This document shows positions 1 to 9,005 of a DNA stretch of 38,803 bases, one piece after another. The notes beneath the pieces were generated by a model, which saw only the letters and a program-made list of their open reading frames with translations, ran no database searches and was not told where the DNA came from. This DNA is from a virus (Duplodnaviria; Caudoviricetes): IMG/VR virus record IMGVR_UViG_3300010244_000062, positions 1 through 38,803 of that record; one strand, written 5' to 3'. A program made the translations under genes and the position numbers. Every line of letters begins with the position of its first letter. Within the stretch, counting starts at the first letter, position 1.

Positions 1-127
1 AGTATTACTAGAATTAGTATTACTATTGATGGACATTTTTGTCTGTTCCGGACTAGACATTTTTGTCCTTGCCGGCATGGACTTTTTTGTCTTTGTCGGA
101 CTAGACATTTTTGTCCTTGCCTTATCA
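1..127. repeat. Terminal direct repeat identical to 38677-38803 (circularisation overlap)
   Basis: Exact 127-bp identity between the ends; 127 is a common assembler k-mer size; the repA frame continues across the junction. Confidence 0.95.
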
Positions 128-486
128 TCATTGGTTTCAACCGTTTTTTCTGGTTTCAATAAATAAATGTATGCTGCCTGATTCATCCCTTGTTGTTCTA
201 CGTGAATCAAATCATGATCTTTCAGCTGCTTTTTTATTCTGCTTGCTGTTTTAACAGTCATATCCAGCAGTTTAGCAAGGTCTTTATCTTTGAAATAAAA
301 ATAAACTCTATTTTGTTCATCAATCCAGCTGTTTTTGATAGAAACTGAATGCCTATCTTTCAGTATCGCATAAGCTATTTTTGCATTTGCTGTTAGGTCT
401 TTATATTTTTCATCATGTATTAAAACTTTTGGCAACTGATAAAATTGATTCAATTCTGTATCTTCTTTTGTGAAAAACTTACTCAT
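1..486 (-). CDS. repA: RepA_N-family plasmid replication initiator, N-terminal part (continues at 38676..38170; about 330 aa in total)
   Basis: Manual translation MSKFFTKEDTELNQFYQLPKVLIHDEKYKDLTANAKIAYAILKDRHSVSIKNSWIDEQNRVYFIF...QGMNQAAYIYLLKP fits the RepA_N pattern; RBS GGAGAGG; in frame with ORF 38170..38784. Confidence 0.9.
   Translation of the reverse strand, partial: MSKFFTKEDTELNQFYQLPKVLIHDEKYKDLTANAKIAYAILKDRHSVSIKNSWIDEQNRVYFYFKDKDLAKLLDMTVKTASRIKKQLKDHDLIHVEQQGMNQAAYIYLLKPEKTVETNDDKARTKMSSPTKTKKSMPARTKMSSPEQTKMSINSNTNSSNT
32..115. repeat. RepA_N origin iterons: four GAC-N6-GTC boxes at 24-bp period, next to AGTATTACT palindromes at 15-bp period
   Basis: GACATTTTTGTC at 32, 56 and 104; GACTTTTTTGTC at 80; AGTATTACT at 38662, 1 and 16; origins of RepA_N replicons are known to lie inside repA. 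Confidence 0.8.
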
Positions 487-547
487 AATAAAAATCCTCT
501 CCAAATTATTTTTAGAAAGGATCCACACAAGACGATATTTGATTATA

Positions 548-576
548 TTGATTTTTTTATTTTTATAGGTTACAAT
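548..576 (+). promoter_or_regulatory. SigA-type promoter for a countertranscript in the repA leader
   Basis: TTGATT(548-553)-17 bp-TACAAT(571-576). Confidence 0.65.
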
Positions 577-582
577 ATAAAC

Positions 583-672
583 AAATTATATTATCAAATT
601 CATGCTTCTGCACTTGCGTGTGTGTCTTGTGTGGATCCAAATCCTTACTGTTGTAGCAGTAAGGATTTTTTT
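583..672 (+). ncRNA. Putative antisense copy-control RNA of repA (about 90 nt)
   Basis: Promoter at 548-576, terminator at 639-672, no credible ORF; same layout as pSK41 RNAI. Confidence 0.55.
639..672. terminator. Intrinsic terminator hairpin between mazF and the repA leader
   Basis: AAATCCTTACTG-ttgtag-CAGTAAGGATTT, 12-bp stem plus T run. Confidence 0.8.
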
Positions 673-1003
673 ATCTGTATAGATAAGTTTCAATTCTTTG
701 AATGCATGTGTCAATTAATGAAGCAGGTGCTTTATCAATAACTTTTAAATTGCGGGATTTCCAATCCAGATTTTTTTGCTGGTCGGTCAAAATGACCCCA
801 TCCACTTCTAACCCTTCACTTATTTTAACTTCAAATGGATAACCTTTTGCTTGCCTGGTTATCGGACAAATCACCGCAAAACCTGTTGCTTCATTAAATT
901 TGATTGGTGAAAGTACAATGGCTGGTCTATATCCAGACTGTTCATGTCCAGATTGCGGATTGAAATCAATGAAAATTAAATCCCCTTTTTCTGGTGCCTT
1001 CAT
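671..1003 (-). CDS. mazF: MazF/PemK-family endoribonuclease toxin
   Basis: GDLIFIDFNPQSGHEQSGYRPAIVLSP...ICPIT...LTDQ motifs. Confidence 0.92.
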   Translation of the reverse strand: MKAPEKGDLIFIDFNPQSGHEQSGYRPAIVLSPIKFNEATGFAVICPITRQAKGYPFEVKISEGLEVDGVILTDQQKNLDWKSRNLKVIDKAPASLIDTCIQRIETYLYR

Positions 1004-1239
1004 TATAACAATTCCCTTCCCATCGGTTTACTGAAATATTCTTCGTGTTTGTTATCCTCGGTTATACCAGCCAACAATTCATCCAATGTCGGTTCTTTGT
1101 GTGCTGGTTTGATGGTTATTTGCTCGCCATCATCTTTCACAATTAATTTAGAACCGTTTACAATGTCATATTTTTCTGCTAAATTTTTAGGTATACGAAC
1201 CCCAAGGCTGTTCCCCCATTTTTGTGCAGATGTTGTCAT
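1003..1239 (-). CDS. mazE: MazE/AbrB-fold antitoxin (start refined to 1239)
   Basis: KWGNSLGVRIPK and C-terminal TLDELLAGIT...GRE; RBS AGGAGA; 1-nt overlap with mazF; extended -10 TGnTATAAT at 1271-1279. Confidence 0.9.
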   Translation of the reverse strand: MTTSAQKWGNSLGVRIPKNLAEKYDIVNGSKLIVKDDGEQITIKPAHKEPTLDELLAGITEDNKHEEYFSKPMGRELL

Positions 1240-1401
1240 AACATCATCTCCTTTTCTGGAATTTGATTCCATTATATCATACCTTTCCAATGTTGTATAT
1301 ACCTTAATATATACTAATTTGAAAAATTCATACTTAATTTTTTGATTCAGGCTGTAGAAAAGACCTTCATTTTCCTTTGATTTGCTCTATTTTCCTATAT
1401 T

Positions 1402-1429
1402 GATGCCGATAATCTGTTTTATGTAAACT
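1402..1429 (+). other. dif-like Xer (CodV/RipX) recombination site
   Basis: GATGCCGATAA-TCTGTT-TTATGTAAACT has 11-6-11 architecture; the right arm equals the RipX/XerD arm of B. subtilis dif as I recall it; intergenic. Confidence 0.7.
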
Positions 1430-1437
1430 AGTAAACT

Positions 1438-1452
1438 ACTACAAAATGTAGA
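1438..1452. promoter_or_regulatory. Near-consensus repressor operator
   Basis: ACTAC-AAAAT-GTAGA, one mismatch to the TCTAC-N5-GTAGA seen at 33354, 33470 and 36270. Confidence 0.45.
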
Positions 1453-1523
1453 CATGTCAGGCTTCCCGCATTTTTTCCTTCTTCAAGATTTCTGCACAAT
1501 GTGCCAATTCCACTTTCTGCATA

Positions 1524-1552
1524 AAAAAATAGAAGGGGATTTCCCTTCTATT
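1524..1552 (-). terminator. Terminator after the lipoprotein gene
   Basis: On the minus strand, AATAGAAGGG/CCCTTCTATT stem followed by a U run. Confidence 0.75.
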
Positions 1553-2093
1553 GTGATGATTGTGATGTTTGATATGTTCTTTCAAAACTTGGATTTTCAT
1601 CTGGCATTGTACCTTCAGATATTTTTATTTCAGAACCAGGGTTTTGAATAGTTAATGCAAATATCGCTTTAACGGTTTCGCCACCATTGATTTGTTCATC
1701 CATTCTGTAATATTCAGGCTTATAATCTTCTGGAAGTTGTCCATTTCCGCCAATGACTGAATTAGTCGTGGTTTCTCCCACTTCTTTCATATTTAAGGTT
1801 CCAATTGATGCCATCCACGGACTTTCTGCTTCATCCGTTTTATTTGTAAATTCAATTGGAATGGCTAAAACAGCATCACCGTATTTACCTTCCAACATTT
1901 CGCCTTCACCGAAAGTGAATTTATAATCATCATTTTCAAATACCTGATTACTTGTTTCCTGTTCCTGCTGCACTGGCTTTTCTTTAGCATCCTCTGAACC
2001 TGAAGCATTTCCAGATGTTTCAGAACCACCGCCACATGCTACTAAAACCGATACAGTTATTAATAATGTTAATGTTAAAATAACATTCCTCAT
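1548..2093 (-). CDS. Lipoprotein moron (DUF5067/DUF4352-like Ig fold suspected)
   Basis: Signal peptide with lipobox LVA-C, low-complexity linker, beta-rich domain; own promoter TTGAAA(2152-2147)-17-TACAAT(2129-2124). Confidence 0.75.
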   Translation of the reverse strand: MRNVILTLTLLITVSVLVACGGGSETSGNASGSEDAKEKPVQQEQETSNQVFENDDYKFTFGEGEMLEGKYGDAVLAIPIEFTNKTDEAESPWMASIGTLNMKEVGETTTNSVIGGNGQLPEDYKPEYYRMDEQINGGETVKAIFALTIQNPGSEIKISEGTMPDENPSFERTYQTSQSSQ

Positions 2094-2181
2094 ACAAATT
2101 ACCCCTTTCTTTTTATCAAAACGATTGTACTATTAGTTTCCAAGTTTTTCAATTAGATATGTAAAATAATTAAAAACCTGA

Positions 2182-2589
2182 TTACATCGATTCCAGATCG
2201 TGTTTAAATTCATGATATAAATTTGCTGATACATCCCCGTTCAATTGTACTAGGATGTTTTTATGTTTTATTGTATAAGAAGAAAGAAGGCCACCTATTT
2301 CACCTAACGTTTCATAATACTTTTTCATTTCATTTAAATCCTGCTGGTTATCAAATGAGAAAATTCTACCATTACCATCTGAAGATGGTATTTCAAAAAT
2401 CAAATCATCATTTGCTTTCATTGGTGCAATTCCATAATCTTCTTCTGTCATATCTCTGGGGTTTTCCACTCTAAAACCTGAATCCTTAAAAGCATTGTAT
2501 ACCGAATCAGGTGTTAAATTGGAATTTCCACCACATGCAAATAAAAACATTATTATTGATAATGATAACAGTAACATTACCCTTTTCAT
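2182..2589 (-). CDS. Lipoprotein moron, unknown function
   Basis: Lipobox LFA-C; own promoter TTGAAA(2651-2646)-17-TAAAAT(2628-2623). Confidence 0.75.
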   Translation of the reverse strand: MKRVMLLLSLSIIMFLFACGGNSNLTPDSVYNAFKDSGFRVENPRDMTEEDYGIAPMKANDDLIFEIPSSDGNGRIFSFDNQQDLNEMKKYYETLGEIGGLLSSYTIKHKNILVQLNGDVSANLYHEFKHDLESM

Positions 2590-2665
2590 TAAAATATTTC
2601 CCCTTCCTTTTATAATGAATCTATTTTACTATTTCCTTCCATTTATTTCAATATGTAATGATATA

Positions 2666-2696
2666 AAAAAAGACCCACCAAAAAGGTGGATCTTTT
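2666..2696. terminator. Terminator ending the late/lysis operon
   Basis: AAAAGACCCACC-aaaaa-GGTGGATCTTTT hairpin. Confidence 0.65.
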
Positions 2697-2777
2697 AAGG
2701 ATATTTTTCATCAGAAACGTAATAACGAAGGCTGCTTATTTATAGCTGTATTTTTATTATTAATGATAATGTTATCA

Positions 2778-3590
2778 TTATTCTGGTCTGTTTTCAAGTC
2801 TTTCTACTCGTTTTTTCAATTCTTCAATTTTCTTTTCCAGTGGTTCGATTTCATATTGACGTATGTTATCTGTTAGACGCTGGACAACAATTGCAGCCTG
2901 TTGCCTTGTCATATTTTCTTTTGGATTTGTACCGTCAAAATACCCCTCTGCAACTGATTCTTCCCATTCATCTTCTGCCCATTCGCTTGGTTTTTGATTA
3001 CTCACTTTATCACCACTTTCAGTTTTTTTGATATTAAATATTTTTTCTATTCCATTCGTGTGACCTCTTGCAGTAGCTTTTACAAATTCATCTTTTGGAA
3101 TTATTTCTCCATCAACGCCGTTGGAATCAATGAAAAGATTTTCCGTTAAAATAGCAGACATTGGCGTCTTTCTTAATACTGCAAAATTGGCTTTCTTTAT
3201 TCCTCTGTCTGGTGTATTCCCTAATTCAGAAACCACCTTGTATATTTCATCATGCATGATTTGCTGATATTGCGCTGTCAGCGAATTGGTATCCAGGCTA
3301 TCATGGATATAATCTTCATACCCATTTGCAGAACCATTGAATGCATTCAAATGGATGGAAATGAAGTAATCAGCACCCCATTTTCTTGCTTGGTTCACCC
3401 TTCTTGCAAAACTTGGATAAGTGTCACCTGTTCTGCTTAGTTTTACTTCTACATCTTCATATTCCGTTTCCAAAATATCTTTGATTTCATAAGCAATTTC
3501 CAGCGCAACATGCGATTCTTGATGACCATTGCCAAATGCGCCTGGGTCTGTTCCGCCATGCCCAGGATCTAAAAATATTTTAGTAGTCAT
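2778..3590 (-). CDS. Endolysin, N-acetylmuramoyl-L-alanine amidase (Amidase_3) with C-terminal SLH-like domain
   Basis: IFLDPGHGG, E25, SIHLNA and ILTENLFID Zn-amidase motifs; C-terminal WA...GYFDGTNPKENMTRQQAA. Confidence 0.9.
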   Translation of the reverse strand: MTTKIFLDPGHGGTDPGAFGNGHQESHVALEIAYEIKDILETEYEDVEVKLSRTGDTYPSFARRVNQARKWGADYFISIHLNAFNGSANGYEDYIHDSLDTNSLTAQYQQIMHDEIYKVVSELGNTPDRGIKKANFAVLRKTPMSAILTENLFIDSNGVDGEIIPKDEFVKATARGHTNGIEKIFNIKKTESGDKVSNQKPSEWAEDEWEESVAEGYFDGTNPKENMTRQQAAIVVQRLTDNIRQYEIEPLEKKIEELKKRVERLENRPE

Positions 3591-4429
3591 TATTTCACCC
3601 CCTGTTTTAAATTAAGAATACGGTTATCATTTTTGCAATCCGTAATGTTATCAATAAGGTTATTTCTTTGAATGAGTGAAACCGCACCGCTTACATGTGG
3701 TGTTGCCATAGACGTGCCATCCAGTACCGCATATTGATTTCCTGGATAGGTAGAAAGGATTTGCACACCTGGTGCCAACACATCAACATTTTTATTGGTA
3801 TTGCTGAAATATGCCAGGTCTCCATCATGATCCACTGCCCCAACTTGCAATGATTCTTCATAATAGCCAGGAAAACTGATTTCAGGTGTGAATATTAGTC
3901 CATCACCAGCATTTCCAGATGCAGCAACAACCACAATGCCTTTTTCAACCGCTTCCTGAACCAGTTCTTCCAATTGTGGTAAATGTGGGCCACCAAGGCT
4001 CATGTTAATGACATGAACACCTTCATCAATTGCCCTTCTCATGGCTTGCATTGTCCATATCATGCTGCCTGTTCCATTATCAGATAATGCTTTTAGACCA
4101 AATATTTTAGCTTCAGGATCCACCCCGACAATACCAGTTTCATTATTGCTTGCAGCAATTGTCCCAGACACATGTGTACCATGACCATTGCCATCCATAT
4201 AATCGCCCTTGCCAGTGAAATCAACGCCACCAATAACGTTATCCTTCAAATCCACATGATTATAATCAACACCAGTATCAATGACAGCATGAACTCTTTC
4301 AATGCCATCACCTTTACCCCATAAAGTATAGGCGCCAATATTTCTAACGCCTTTTGGAATATATTCACCTGGTGTATTTTGAATTGCCTTCACTTTGTAT
4401 GGCATTAGACGAAATTCTTTTTCAGACAT
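3590..4429 (-). CDS. S8 subtilisin-like serine protease, intracellular (Isp) type
   Basis: Catalytic triad motifs VIDTG, HGTHVSGTI and GTSMATPHVSG; no signal peptide; N-terminal RLMPY resembles the ISP LIPY motif. Confidence 0.92.
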   Translation of the reverse strand: MSEKEFRLMPYKVKAIQNTPGEYIPKGVRNIGAYTLWGKGDGIERVHAVIDTGVDYNHVDLKDNVIGGVDFTGKGDYMDGNGHGTHVSGTIAASNNETGIVGVDPEAKIFGLKALSDNGTGSMIWTMQAMRRAIDEGVHVINMSLGGPHLPQLEELVQEAVEKGIVVVAASGNAGDGLIFTPEISFPGYYEESLQVGAVDHDGDLAYFSNTNKNVDVLAPGVQILSTYPGNQYAVLDGTSMATPHVSGAVSLIQRNNLIDNITDCKNDNRILNLKQGVK

Positions 4430-4447
4430 TAAAAAATCACCTTTCTT

Positions 4448-4714
4448 TTATTTATTCTTTGGTTTGTTATATGTCATTGCTTGTGATGAATCGTTACGAC
4501 CTGAGACCGTTGGGTCATTAACAACACCAAGAATCGTCAATAGCACAAAAATGGCATTGATAACGCTTTGTGCCCATCCGCTTATCACTTCTGTTGGGAT
4601 AGTGATTCCGAATGGCTGTAAAATAAGCTGTATCAGCACTAACAATGCAGGTATTAAAGCGATCCAAAATCGCTTGTTTAAAATACGTACTTTCCAATTA
4701 ATCATTTGTTTCAC
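4448..4714 (-). CDS. Holin, phiLC3 family
   Basis: INWKVRILNKRFWIALIP...GVVNDPTVSG; two TM segments. Confidence 0.9.
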   Translation of the reverse strand: MKQMINWKVRILNKRFWIALIPALLVLIQLILQPFGITIPTEVISGWAQSVINAIFVLLTILGVVNDPTVSGRNDSSQAMTYNKPKNK

Positions 4715-4765
4715 CCCCTCTCACAATGATAACAAAAAACAATAACATTATTGTTACTGTTATCG

Positions 4766-5077
4766 TTAATTAAATAATGAAATATATGTTGCGACTATAC
4801 CAGCAACACCAAATAGCCAACCGCCATATTTTCCGATACCGTCAATAAACGCTTGTTTCCCGCTTTTTTTCGCCTTCATATCACTCAATTCCTTGGAAAC
4901 ATCATCATTTTTCTGCTCCAATTGCCCAATACGTTCACGGAGTCCATTGTATTGCTTCATGAGGGATCTGGTTTCCCTCATTTCAGACCTCAATTCATTA
5001 AATTCATCTTTCATGCCTGTGATTTGTTCAAATAATTCCTTATTGCTATACCATTGCGACTTTTCTTCTTCACTCAT
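4766..5077 (-). CDS. Lysis-associated coiled-coil protein with C-terminal TM helix
   Basis: Coiled coil plus hydrophobic C-terminus, directly upstream of the holin. Confidence 0.65.
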   Translation of the reverse strand: MSEEEKSQWYSNKELFEQITGMKDEFNELRSEMRETRSLMKQYNGLRERIGQLEQKNDDVSKELSDMKAKKSGKQAFIDGIGKYGGWLFGVAGIVATYISLFN

Positions 5078-5104
5078 TTGCGACCCCCTTAGAAGTCATA
5101 ACGC

Positions 5105-5275
5105 TTATTCAGCGTTTGGATTTTCCTTTTCATTCAGTTTTTCTTCCAGTTCTTCAGCATATTTAATGACTGCCTTTTTTGATGCAATTTCATTTGCCAG
5201 CCTTAATTGTAATGTTCCAATTTCGTTCGCCAAATTGTTTTGTACTTCTTTTGCATCATAAGATAATTCTTTCAT
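5105..5275 (-). CDS. Small coiled-coil protein (56 aa, not in the ORF track)
   Basis: MKELSYDAKEVQNNLANEIGTLQLRLANE...; ATGA overlap with the tail gene stop; RBS AAGGGGA. Confidence 0.7.
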   Translation of the reverse strand: MKELSYDAKEVQNNLANEIGTLQLRLANEIASKKAVIKYAEELEEKLNEKENPNAE

Positions 5276-8253
5276 GTTTCTATCCCCTTTAATTCATTGA
5301 TTTCTTTTTGTTGTTTTTCAAATATAACGCATAACTCTTGGATTGCTTTGGCGTTCCATGACATAAAATTGTACATGTCGATAGCTTCTACCCCATCCAA
5401 AAATTCGGGTGGTGTTTTTCTGTCTTTTCCGATAACTAACCCATATTCTTGTTTATTTCTTCCATTTTCCACATCATCTTTTCGATTATATTTATAAAGC
5501 GTCATATCATTTTTTATCTTGTCTAGTGCTTCATTTTCGTTCCATTCTTGAATATTAGTTTTTTGTTTTTCAGATGAATTTAAAGAAACGTTAGAAGCTA
5601 TTAATGGTCTATAATCTGTGGTGCTTGACCTGCTCCGTATCCTTGCGTATCCGCCACTAGAAGGTGTTAAAACAATGTCGTGATTGCTTGCTGTAACAGT
5701 GTTTATACTAGCTTTATCCGACGTAAATAGCGCTGAGTTATTGATAACCTCGTCTCCAGCTAAATACAACCTATTTGCAGCTTGAACATGCGCATCACCA
5801 CTATAATTCATACCAATACTGGAAATATCATCATTTTGCGTTGTGTATTCCATCAATACATAGCTTTGCTGTTTTTCTATTGTGAATTGATCCTGTCCTA
5901 ATGAGTTACCAGCACCCATAATAATATAAGGTTCATTTGTGTCATTTCCGTTTTGATCCCTGAAACCCATTGTCATTTTTACGGTATTGTTATCATTGAA
6001 ATCCAAAACCTGATTCTGCATGAAAAGATACCTGTTTTCATGTGATGTGCGTATTTGCACACCTTCCAGCGTTCCAGATTCAACTTTACCAGCACTAATG
6101 CTAGCAATTTTAGCACCATCAATTTGTGCATTTTGGGCAATCAAATTATCTGTGATTGTGCCATTTTGAATATAAACATTCCCATTCTGAACAACCAAAT
6201 CTCCATCACCCAATGAAACCCTTGCAGCATCTATTTTGATTTGTTCTGGTGATTGATTGATACTTGAAACCACACCGTTTTGAGAAACCTTTGATGTGAT
6301 TTCATCAGCATTCTGTGTGATGCTTGATTCCGCTTCACTCACCCGAATACGCATATTTTCCATGTCAAAGCTGTATTGGCTTTGTTCAACTTTGGATGTG
6401 ATGCTGTTTGCATTTTGTTGGATTGCTGAAGCCTGGTTTTCAATTGATGTTCCTTGTCTGTTCACTGTTCCTCGCAGATTTTCAACACTGCTTTGAATCT
6501 GATTATCTGTTATCTGTAAATCAGAAATGTTCTGTTCAAACGTTTGCGTATCAACTGCACCGACTTCACCGGCATTCGTTGGCGCCAATGGTATCCATGT
6601 TTGATTTTCTTCATTATAGGCATATAAAAGTTGGGGATTTCCATCTATATCAATCCAATAATGGTATTCATTGGGATCTGGTGCTTCATCCCCTTTATAA
6701 ATGCCATATTCAATAAATTCCGGAACAATCTCTTCAACATCACCCAAATTTAATTGTACAGTGGAAGCTGTGACTTCTTCTGAATAATCACTAGGTGTCC
6801 CATGCGTATTTACTGCACGCACCCTGTAATACCAGGTTTGGTCTGTATCAACTTTGTGATTGTGTACACCTACATCACCCCTGAAAATTAAGTTAGTGCT
6901 GTCTGGTGCAAATCCTTTTACTTGTGAAGCATATATTTCATAACTATTTACTAAAACACTTGGGTTATAAGTCCAGGAAACCATGATGGTTTTGAACAAT
7001 CCTTCAGCTTGCACATTTTCTGGTGTCGCTGGTTTAATATCAGGGAAACTAATATCGTCAGTAGGATTGCCCCCAGAGTTCCATCTGCCTTTATTGTCTT
7101 TGACTTCATCAATAACCCAATCAATTTCACGTTCACGCTGATTCAATTCAATGATATTGCCCACTTTGACAGTGCCTTTTCGTGGGTCGCCAATGTCATA
7201 TTCCATTTCAGTGATTCTGGCTTCAATCAAAATAGCAGGCTGAATGCCCATATCTCTAGCAATCCCTGTATCTCCCAGGTAAACATTTTCATGTTCATAT
7301 CCAGCCACTCCATAAAAGGTGATGATGGACATTTCATATTCTGCTTGTGGCTCTTTTGCAAATTGTAAAGCGTTCCAGGTTTGATTCAGCAAAGTTTCTG
7401 GGTCTTCTGTTTCCGTTTCTTCATGATACCCCATTCTGTGCATTAATTCGCCTGTTTCATGGTTTGGTATTCCGTATTGTTCTAATGCTTCTGAATCCCC
7501 AACCCATTCCTGGCCTGGTGGTTTACTGGCTGGATCATTATAAGCAAGCTGCCATTCCACATCACGAAAAGTGATTTTTCTGCTGTGGCCACCGCCTTCA
7601 GTTTGAACACTTGAACCTTTTCCGTACATGGCAGTTTTGGGATAGAATAATTTTGTTCTTCTTATCTTTTGAATATCCTTATCCATTTCCCACCGCTTGC
7701 CAGTGTCAGCACCTTTTCTGGCCAATAAATCAATGTATCTGCCAGCAATCTTTCCATTTTCAATCTCGATTCTGTCTATTGCTTCACCGCCCCATACCTG
7801 TGTGATGTTTCCCAGGCATTGAAAGGCGTTTTTAAAATAAAAATTGGTGGAATTGTAACCCAAATCAGCAACATTTCCAGGCTTGAATCTTGTTTTTTGC
7901 AAGATTAAATCCAGTGTATATTCCGCTGTTTTGTTTTGTGGTGTCCTTTCTTCAATCATGGTTTCTGTTAATTCTTGCATGGCTGGAAGACAAGTAACCA
8001 CTTTTTGTATGGTTTGGCCATCCTGATCGTCCACTTCTCGAATCGTGAATAATCTTAAATTCCCTCTTAAATCGAAAAAAGCAACCTGATTTCCGCCCAC
8101 CAGGTGTGTTGCATTTTCATTGCTTGCTGGAAAATAAAGTTTGAATGACTTTGGTTTTTCCACATTTTCCTTGAACATGCCCTGAATGTAATCCTTTGTG
8201 ACCGCCAAAAGGTTATCATAACTATCAAATATAAATAATTTTGCTCTTTCCAA
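5272..8253 (-). CDS. Tail spike/Tal-like protein: prophage endopeptidase-type N-terminus, FN3 domain, coiled coil, C-terminal intramolecular chaperone (S74-like)
   Basis: Follows Dit; FN3 motif WYYRVRAVN; SSEKQKTNI...YKY...YGLV chaperone pattern; TTG start after AAAGGTGG. Confidence 0.8.
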   Translation of the reverse strand: MERAKLFIFDSYDNLLAVTKDYIQGMFKENVEKPKSFKLYFPASNENATHLVGGNQVAFFDLRGNLRLFTIREVDDQDGQTIQKVVTCLPAMQELTETMIEERTPQNKTAEYTLDLILQKTRFKPGNVADLGYNSTNFYFKNAFQCLGNITQVWGGEAIDRIEIENGKIAGRYIDLLARKGADTGKRWEMDKDIQKIRRTKLFYPKTAMYGKGSSVQTEGGGHSRKITFRDVEWQLAYNDPASKPPGQEWVGDSEALEQYGIPNHETGELMHRMGYHEETETEDPETLLNQTWNALQFAKEPQAEYEMSIITFYGVAGYEHENVYLGDTGIARDMGIQPAILIEARITEMEYDIGDPRKGTVKVGNIIELNQREREIDWVIDEVKDNKGRWNSGGNPTDDISFPDIKPATPENVQAEGLFKTIMVSWTYNPSVLVNSYEIYASQVKGFAPDSTNLIFRGDVGVHNHKVDTDQTWYYRVRAVNTHGTPSDYSEEVTASTVQLNLGDVEEIVPEFIEYGIYKGDEAPDPNEYHYWIDIDGNPQLLYAYNEENQTWIPLAPTNAGEVGAVDTQTFEQNISDLQITDNQIQSSVENLRGTVNRQGTSIENQASAIQQNANSITSKVEQSQYSFDMENMRIRVSEAESSITQNADEITSKVSQNGVVSSINQSPEQIKIDAARVSLGDGDLVVQNGNVYIQNGTITDNLIAQNAQIDGAKIASISAGKVESGTLEGVQIRTSHENRYLFMQNQVLDFNDNNTVKMTMGFRDQNGNDTNEPYIIMGAGNSLGQDQFTIEKQQSYVLMEYTTQNDDISSIGMNYSGDAHVQAANRLYLAGDEVINNSALFTSDKASINTVTASNHDIVLTPSSGGYARIRSRSSTTDYRPLIASNVSLNSSEKQKTNIQEWNENEALDKIKNDMTLYKYNRKDDVENGRNKQEYGLVIGKDRKTPPEFLDGVEAIDMYNFMSWNAKAIQELCVIFEKQQKEINELKGIET

Positions 8254-8254
8254 G

Positions 8255-9001
8255 TTATAACCACCTTTCCGTATACTCGCCACTTATTTGCATAGCTGGA
8301 TTTGTTTCAATGATGTTTGTACCAGGATTCAGCTTAAAGAAATCCGAATTCAAAATATCAACTGTTGTCATGCTAACAGTATCATTAATAAAAACCTTTT
8401 CCTTTTCAAAATCAATAACAATAATATCATTCTGACTGAAACTATTATTTAATCGCAATGTTTCATTTCCATTGGTGAAATCCACCTGTGAAACCGCTGA
8501 AGGCACAACTGCCTGCATAATAGCAGGCGTTTTTGCTGTGCCCCCAACATTAATTTCATTGGTTTGGGATTCCAAAAAAGAAAAATCATTGGTTTCACCT
8601 TGCTTCAATGGATCTGAGCATAATACATTGATTGTTCCCTGACCTGTATAGATGATTTCTTCCCAATCCTGTGACCCATCCAGCATTCCGAAATAAGTAC
8701 GGTCTGGTTCATCTTTGAATACAATGGGAACTTCTCCATCTGTCATTAATAAAGCGTTCAATTCTTCTATGCTTTTCCGCATGTTTTCCAATGATTCACT
8801 TCTAAAGGAAATTTGAATGCCAAGTGGTCTTTCTGGATACCGTTTTGATTTTACAATGGATCCATTTCTACCTGGCACACTTTCCCTTGTTGTTTCTTGT
8901 GTTAATATTCCCCTTCCAGTCACATCATTGACAATAAAACGATTCATACCGCCTAACATGCCAAAATGTTCCTGGAAATCTATATTATTAAAAATAAGCA
9001 T
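8255..9001 (-). CDS. Distal tail protein (Dit)
   Basis: VPGRNGS, FKDEPDRTY, CSDP and FFKLNPGTN motifs; follows the tape measure gene. Confidence 0.85.
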   Translation of the reverse strand: MLIFNNIDFQEHFGMLGGMNRFIVNDVTGRGILTQETTRESVPGRNGSIVKSKRYPERPLGIQISFRSESLENMRKSIEELNALLMTDGEVPIVFKDEPDRTYFGMLDGSQDWEEIIYTGQGTINVLCSDPLKQGETNDFSFLESQTNEINVGGTAKTPAIMQAVVPSAVSQVDFTNGNETLRLNNSFSQNDIIVIDFEKEKVFINDTVSMTTVDILNSDFFKLNPGTNIIETNPAMQISGEYTERWL

Positions 9002-9005
9002 TTTA

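Noticed and set aside
32-121. CRISPR-like mini-array
   Set aside because: 24-bp period with no unique spacers, inside repA; explained as iterons
686-714. repA promoter inside the 3' end of mazF (TTGACA at 714-709)
   Set aside because: The -10 at 17 bp reads GAAACT, too weak to call
5272-8253. Diversity-generating retroelement or invertible tail cassette
   Set aside because: No reverse transcriptase or invertase, and no template/variable repeat pair seen
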